Part shown: in pieces, positions 16,435 through 20,000 of the stretch | Position numbering within the stretch: position 1 is the first letter of the stretch | Layout of the letters: the number at the start of each line of letters is the position of its first letter | Virus record (IMG/VR): IMGVR_UViG_3300028800_000080 | Reading direction: 5' to 3' (one strand) | Length of the DNA stretch: 20,000 bases | DNA from: an uncultured virus (IMG/VR IMGVR_UViG_3300028800_000080) | Taxonomy: Duplodnaviria > Heunggongvirae > Uroviricota > Caudoviricetes | The notes under the pieces: model-generated | Seen by the model: only the letters and a program-made list of their open reading frames with translations | Told to the model about the DNA's origin: nothing | The model's database searches: none | Program-made: the position numbers and the translations under genes

Positions 16435-17250
16435 ATGGGAAAAAGCACTGAATTAGTGCCCGCAGCTGCGGGTGCCCTCGCAGAGGTTGATGAACTCGCA
16501 GAGTTGCTGCGCGAGAATGCTCGCGATGGTCTAGCGAACCTCCAACCGGACGATATTGTCCTTCCGTTCCTAAGCATTCTGCAGCCCACCAGCCCGCTGA
16601 CCGGGGAACCCGGTTACGCTGAAGGGCAACTGGTCAACTCCATCACTCAGGAAAACTACGGCGATGAGTTGAGCTTCTACATCCTCCACTTCTACAAGAA
16701 CCGCATCCACTGGATTGGCCCCGACCCCAACGCACAGGTGATGGAGTGTACGGCGCCAGACGGACTGCGCGGTACGTACCGCGACCCCGAGCATGCGGAC
16801 GGCCATTGCGGCCAGTGTCCCTTCTCGCAGTGGACCAAGGACCCCAACGACCCGAGCAAGTCGGTGCGACCGGAATGCACGGAGTTCAAGAACCTCATCA
16901 TCCTGCCGGTCAATGACGGGAGTATCCAGGATAGCGCCCCTATCGTCTACTCGGCCAAGCGCAGCGCCCTCAAGGCGGCTAGCACGGTCATCTCGGCGGT
17001 GGCGGCTTCAAACAAGCCGTCGTACGCCTATCTATGGACGATGAAGTCGGATAAGCAGCAGCGTGAGCGTCAGCGGTGGTACATTCCCCGCTTCACTCGC
17101 GGCCCAGTCATTGACTCTATCGGACTGTTCCACAAACTCAAGGAGATGTCGGACGGTATCTCGCAAGCGCAGAGCCGCATTCGCTTCAACCAAGAGGATG
17201 AGCGGCCCGCAGGAGAAGCTAGCCGCGCCGACGAACGGGACGGATTCTAG
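16435..17250 (+). CDS. Putative single-stranded DNA-binding protein with Zn site
   Basis: DIVLPFLSILQPTSP N-motif and Cys cluster (C..PDG...CGQCP...C). The acidic C-terminal tail ends in Phe (ADERDGF), as in T7 gp2.5 and bacterial SSBs. SD GGAG. Confidence 0.6.
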   Translation: MGKSTELVPAAAGALAEVDELAELLRENARDGLANLQPDDIVLPFLSILQPTSPLTGEPGYAEGQLVNSITQENYGDELSFYILHFYKNRIHWIGPDPNAQVMECTAPDGLRGTYRDPEHADGHCGQCPFSQWTKDPNDPSKSVRPECTEFKNLIILPVNDGSIQDSAPIVYSAKRSALKAASTVISAVAASNKPSYAYLWTMKSDKQQRERQRWYIPRFTRGPVIDSIGLFHKLKEMSDGISQAQSRIRFNQEDERPAGEASRADERDGF

Positions 17251-17368
17251 ATAGACGGAGCGGAACCGCTGCGCTTGGTCTCCAGTTGAGCGAGCAACGA
17301 GTGGGAGCGCGGCCAAAAGGCCCGGGGGTAGGGGTTTGACCGGGTGATTTGAAAATGGAAAGGGAAAT

Positions 17369-17611
17369 ATGATCAAATACATCGGAGTGGCAACGGCGGG
17401 AATTATCGCTTTCATAGCGGCAGTAGTCGTAATTGCGGCACTGTCTCTCGGGTTTGCGTGGTTGCTGTTTCATGGACTCGTGTTCGTGTTCGGCGCGCAT
17501 TACACGCTCAACATCTGGCAGACATGGGTCGCTTTGCTGATTCTCGGGTTCCTCAGCCGCATCGTATTCGGAGGTATCGGTGGACGTCAGACCGCTGGAC
17601 AATCCAAGTAG
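17369..17611 (+). CDS. Small membrane protein (two TM segments)
   Basis: 80 aa, two long hydrophobic stretches and a basic tail. SD AAGGG. Confidence 0.7.
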   Translation: MIKYIGVATAGIIAFIAAVVVIAALSLGFAWLLFHGLVFVFGAHYTLNIWQTWVALLILGFLSRIVFGGIGGRQTAGQSK

Positions 17612-18032
17612 ACGGCCTAACGTCCGTGCGCTTATCGCGCTAACCGAGACAAACAGCTGGGCGAAGGACGTGCTGCGCTTCCAGAAGGAGCGTATGCTCA
17701 AGGAAATTCCAAAAGGCCCCTATGTACCAGATGCCGCCGAGAGAGGCGACATGATTGGGCGGCTACATGAAGAGGCTCGTGAGGCGCAGAAAGCGCTCGT
17801 CAACGGGCATCTAGCGCCAACGTTAGATGCGTTAGGCGACCTCATCTACACAGCAATTGGTATCGCATGGCTCCACGGCGTGGACATCTCCCCCTTCATG
17901 GAGGAAATACACATGGCGAACATGGAGAAGGCGCCAGCAGACGGCAAAGGCTTTGGCCGGATGACTGCAGACGGCAAATCGACAAAAGCTAACTGGGAAC
18001 CACCACGCATAGAGGAGTTACTACGTGCGTAA
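17580..18032 (+). CDS. MazG-like / PRA-PH all-alpha NTP pyrophosphohydrolase (dUTPase-like)
   Basis: LHEEAREA...LDALGDLIY...EIHMANMEK...GK..K.NW.PP motifs. SD GGAGG before the GTG. Confidence 0.8.
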   Translation: MDVRPLDNPSRRPNVRALIALTETNSWAKDVLRFQKERMLKEIPKGPYVPDAAERGDMIGRLHEEAREAQKALVNGHLAPTLDALGDLIYTAIGIAWLHGVDISPFMEEIHMANMEKAPADGKGFGRMTADGKSTKANWEPPRIEELLRA

Positions 18033-18480
18033 ACTACTTTCGTTACTCGGACTGGCGCTGTTGTGCGCCTGCTCGTCCGGTTCAGTGAACCCCTCGGCGC
18101 AGGCCTTTGCCCGCACCGGCACCTCGGACAAGGTTCAGATTGACCTTGTTGACGCCTACCACACCGGCACGCAGTTTCTGCAACACGCACGCTGCGGTAA
18201 GCCGTTCCCGTTCTCGGACAGCCAGGGGCATGTTGACTGGACGATTCCAGGCGGTCAAGAGCTTGACCTGCTTCAGACCGGACCCTCGTGCTTCGCACCC
18301 GGGCAGTTTGATATCCTTGCGGGGCCTGAGCTTCAGAGATATGACTGCGACTTCACCGTAACCCAGCAACCGCTTGGGGGGTATGACTTCGAGTTGGCCT
18401 GGGAGGGCGTAGTTGCTAATTGCAGCGTTCAGCGTATCTCGGCTACAGAGGCTAAGTTCATTTTGAACGAAACCCGTTAA
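18025..18480 (+). CDS. Predicted lipoprotein (151 aa, beta-rich, four mature-domain Cys)
   Basis: MRKLLSLLGLALLCA-CSSGS has a lipobox followed by a Ser/Gly linker. SD GAGGAG. Confidence 0.75.
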   Translation: MRKLLSLLGLALLCACSSGSVNPSAQAFARTGTSDKVQIDLVDAYHTGTQFLQHARCGKPFPFSDSQGHVDWTIPGGQELDLLQTGPSCFAPGQFDILAGPELQRYDCDFTVTQQPLGGYDFELAWEGVVANCSVQRISATEAKFILNETR

Positions 18481-18485
18481 GCTAC

Positions 18486-18514
18486 TTGAACTTTCAGCCC
18501 GACTACGCTATACT
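18486..18514 (+). promoter_or_regulatory. Sigma70-type promoter (TTGAAC-17 bp-TATACT)
   Basis: -35 at 18486-18491 and -10 at 18509-18514, with an exact 17-bp spacer, in an intergenic gap. Predicted +1 falls at about 18521, the A of an ATG. Confidence 0.7.
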
Positions 18515-18520
18515 TAGAAT

Positions 18521-18670
18521 ATGTACGTAAGGAACGTGATAGCTGGGCGTCTACCCAAAGGCCAAGTTGAGGTAGCCGGTGACTGCAAGGACTGTGGCAA
18601 GCGATTTGCGCGCTATTCCCCGATGGGTAATAGTGCGCCCGTCTACTGTAAGGCGTGTGAGTTGAAATGA
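18521..18670 (+). CDS. CxxC-x17-CxxC zinc-ribbon protein (49 aa), not in ORF track
   Basis: MYVRNVIAGRLPKGQVEVAGDCKDCGKRFARYSPMGNSAPVYCKACELK has exactly 17 residues between the CxxC pairs, plus the PVYC motif. Confidence 0.75.
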   Translation: MYVRNVIAGRLPKGQVEVAGDCKDCGKRFARYSPMGNSAPVYCKACELK

Positions 18671-18789
18671 GCGTCAAATACATTGCGGTTCTATCGCAAT
18701 ACCTCAAGGTGGGTACGGTTTTACGCAAACCCCCGCCGCCACCTCCATGGAAATTCACTCCTGACGAGCGTCCCGATGACCTGCGGTAA
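18667..18789 (+). CDS. 40-aa peptide with six consecutive prolines, not in ORF track
   Basis: MSVKYIAVLSQYLKVGTVLRKPPPPPPWKFTPDERPDDLR. ATGA-coupled to the upstream gene and overlaps the start of the next one. Confidence 0.55.
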   Translation: MSVKYIAVLSQYLKVGTVLRKPPPPPPWKFTPDERPDDLR

Positions 18790-19180
18790 GATTGAGGGCG
18801 GACACGCCTGTATCCTCGAACCTGAGCATGAAGGCGAATGCGTTATTAGGTTGAGTCGGCAAGAGCAACGGGCTGCAGAACGCAGGCCGTCACTCAGTAC
18901 CACCCCCCCAGGCGAAGCCGTCTATGAGCACCTATCCTTAAAAGGATGGCGCGTACGCATCGGTCATATGCTCTGGTACGGCGTGAAGGGTGAAGTGCTC
19001 TACTGGCCGTCCCGCGAGCAAGCCGTGGAAGCCGTGAGACAGCTCAAAGAATATGTCTTGAACCTTCGCAAGGGCCTAGAGCGCGAAGCGACCAAGTGTA
19101 CGAAGCATCCCAAGTACGCCGGCAAGCGCAAGACCAAGTGCGAGGATTGCATGAAGTATTACGAGGCTGTGCATGACTGA
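18776..19180 (+). CDS. Hypothetical protein with N- and C-terminal Cys/His zinc motifs (134 aa)
   Basis: Start reassigned to ATG 18776. Contains C-x8-C-x5-H-x3-C and C-x2-H-x10-C-x2-C. Confidence 0.65.
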   Translation: MTCGKIEGGHACILEPEHEGECVIRLSRQEQRAAERRPSLSTTPPGEAVYEHLSLKGWRVRIGHMLWYGVKGEVLYWPSREQAVEAVRQLKEYVLNLRKGLEREATKCTKHPKYAGKRKTKCEDCMKYYEAVHD

Positions 19181-19487
19181 CCCCTACACCTCCGAGGACC
19201 TTGCTGCACTCCCGAAGATTGCGGCGCACCTAGAGTCGCTGCGAAAGTGGATGCGCGAATCCTGCACCTGTCCGCCAACGATGGCCGAAACGCACGACTG
19301 CAAGTGGCACCTAACGGCGCTAACGTTAGACGACGACCGCACCGCGCTTCTCAAGGCACACGCTGAGATAGTGAGGTTGCAGGGGGAGGTTCGCGACTAT
19401 CACGCGGTTCGCGTGGGCGGATGCAACCACGGACCCGGGTTAGGCGCGGCGTTTCACGGCTGCGAGGAAGGCTTGGAAGGCAAATAA
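19173..19487 (+). CDS. Hypothetical protein, Cys/His motifs and short coiled coil
   Basis: CTC...HDCKWH, AEIVRLQGEV, CNHG...HGC. ATGACTGA overlap and SD GAGG. Confidence 0.65.
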   Translation: MTDPYTSEDLAALPKIAAHLESLRKWMRESCTCPPTMAETHDCKWHLTALTLDDDRTALLKAHAEIVRLQGEVRDYHAVRVGGCNHGPGLGAAFHGCEEGLEGK

Positions 19488-19591
19488 TGGCTGATCTACA
19501 CGTTCTGCTTGTATTCCTAGGGTTTGCCATTGGACTTCCCCTTGGAATCGGCTGTGAAAAGTTAAGGAACTATATCAATAATGGATGCTGA
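19487..19591 (+). CDS. 34-aa single-TM peptide, not in ORF track
   Basis: MADLHVLLVFLGFAIGLPLGIGCEKLRNYINNGC. TAATG coupling and SD GGAAGG. Confidence 0.55.
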   Translation: MADLHVLLVFLGFAIGLPLGIGCEKLRNYINNGC

Positions 19592-19856
19592 TTTAGTGTT
19601 GTCGGATTCAGAGTTAGCCGACCTTGAAGTAATCGCTGGCGGTCAAGGACAGTGGAACTATGATAGTGATGACGTAGCCCGACTAATCGCCACCGTAAAA
19701 GAGTTGCGGCAGCGTGAGAGGGACCTGCGAGAGTTGTGCGAGGACCGTTCTTTGAATGAGAACGAGTACGGCGTGGAGTTGAATATCGTCGCCCGGTTCC
19801 GCGCCATACTCGATAAGGCCCCAACAGAAACGAAGGCTATGGAGGGAGAGAGTTGA
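19581..19856 (+). CDS. Hypothetical acidic protein
   Basis: 91 aa. The DDVARLIATVKELR coiled-coil motif is of a type common in small early phage proteins. SD AAGGA. Confidence 0.65.
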   Translation: MDADLVLSDSELADLEVIAGGQGQWNYDSDDVARLIATVKELRQRERDLRELCEDRSLNENEYGVELNIVARFRAILDKAPTETKAMEGES

Positions 19857-20000
19857 GTGTGAAGCCGCCGCCGCAAGATGAAGATGGTGCGATGGACCCG
19901 CTAGTGCAGATTGGTTACGTCGTTCGACCAGAGTGCCCGATTTGCGGTGGCGACCACGGTTTCTCTCTACCCTCCACCTCAAGCGAAAGTGAGAAGCAAT
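19853..20000 (+). CDS. Small protein with CPICGGDH motif (runs off the window)
   Basis: TTG start overlaps the upstream TGA, with SD GGAGGG. Reads MSVKPPPQDEDGAMDPLVQIGYVVRPECPICGGDH... Confidence 0.5.
   Translation, partial: MSVKPPPQDEDGAMDPLVQIGYVVRPECPICGGDHGFSLPSTSSESEKQ

Noticed and set aside
17336..17365. TTGACC as a -35 element
   Set aside because: No -10 hexamer at 16-18 bp spacing.
18683..18775. TTG-start extension of the 165-aa ORF
   Set aside because: It overlaps the coupled polyproline ORF. The zinc motif begins right at ATG 18776.
73..19982. Numerous minus-strand and alternative-frame ORFs in the track
   Set aside because: They are shadows of tightly packed plus-strand genes, with no recognisable motifs and no room for independent expression signals.
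1..20000. CRISPR array, tRNA, intein/intron, stop-codon reassignment, eCIS/tailocin interpretation
   Set aside because: No spaced repeats, cloverleaf or splicing motifs were seen. Genes tile cleanly under code 11 using all three stops. Linked replication and early genes indicate a real phage rather than a stand-alone injection system.

Overview
A gene-dense, entirely plus-strand segment of a tailed dsDNA phage or prophage with a contractile-tail (myovirus-type) baseplate. From left to right it carries: the end of the tail-assembly chaperone (probable G/GT frameshift pair), a virion morphogenesis protein, tape measure protein, tube initiator/LysM-like protein, baseplate hub, spike, gp25-like, baseplate J and wedge proteins, and a 917-aa tail fibre. 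Next come a three-gene lysis cassette (membrane/coiled-coil protein, M15-type Zn peptidase, holin) and a DNA-metabolism block (dCMP deaminase, VRR-NUC nuclease, SNF2 helicase, SSB-like protein, MazG-like pyrophosphatase) interspersed with two lipoproteins. The window ends in a promoter-led cluster of tiny Cys/His-rich proteins. The most striking observation is that the tail fibre has a Sec-type signal peptide in front of the usual baseplate-attachment N-terminus and 20 cysteines arranged as 10 neighbouring pairs, which suggests a fibre that is exported, oxidatively folded and joined to the virion outside the cytoplasm. Other notable points are a probable AUU start codon for the tape measure gene, near-complete GATC avoidance, a leaderless sigma70 promoter followed by a hexa-proline peptide, and a small CARF/SAVED-like candidate. 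All family assignments come from motif recognition and gene order. No database searches were run.
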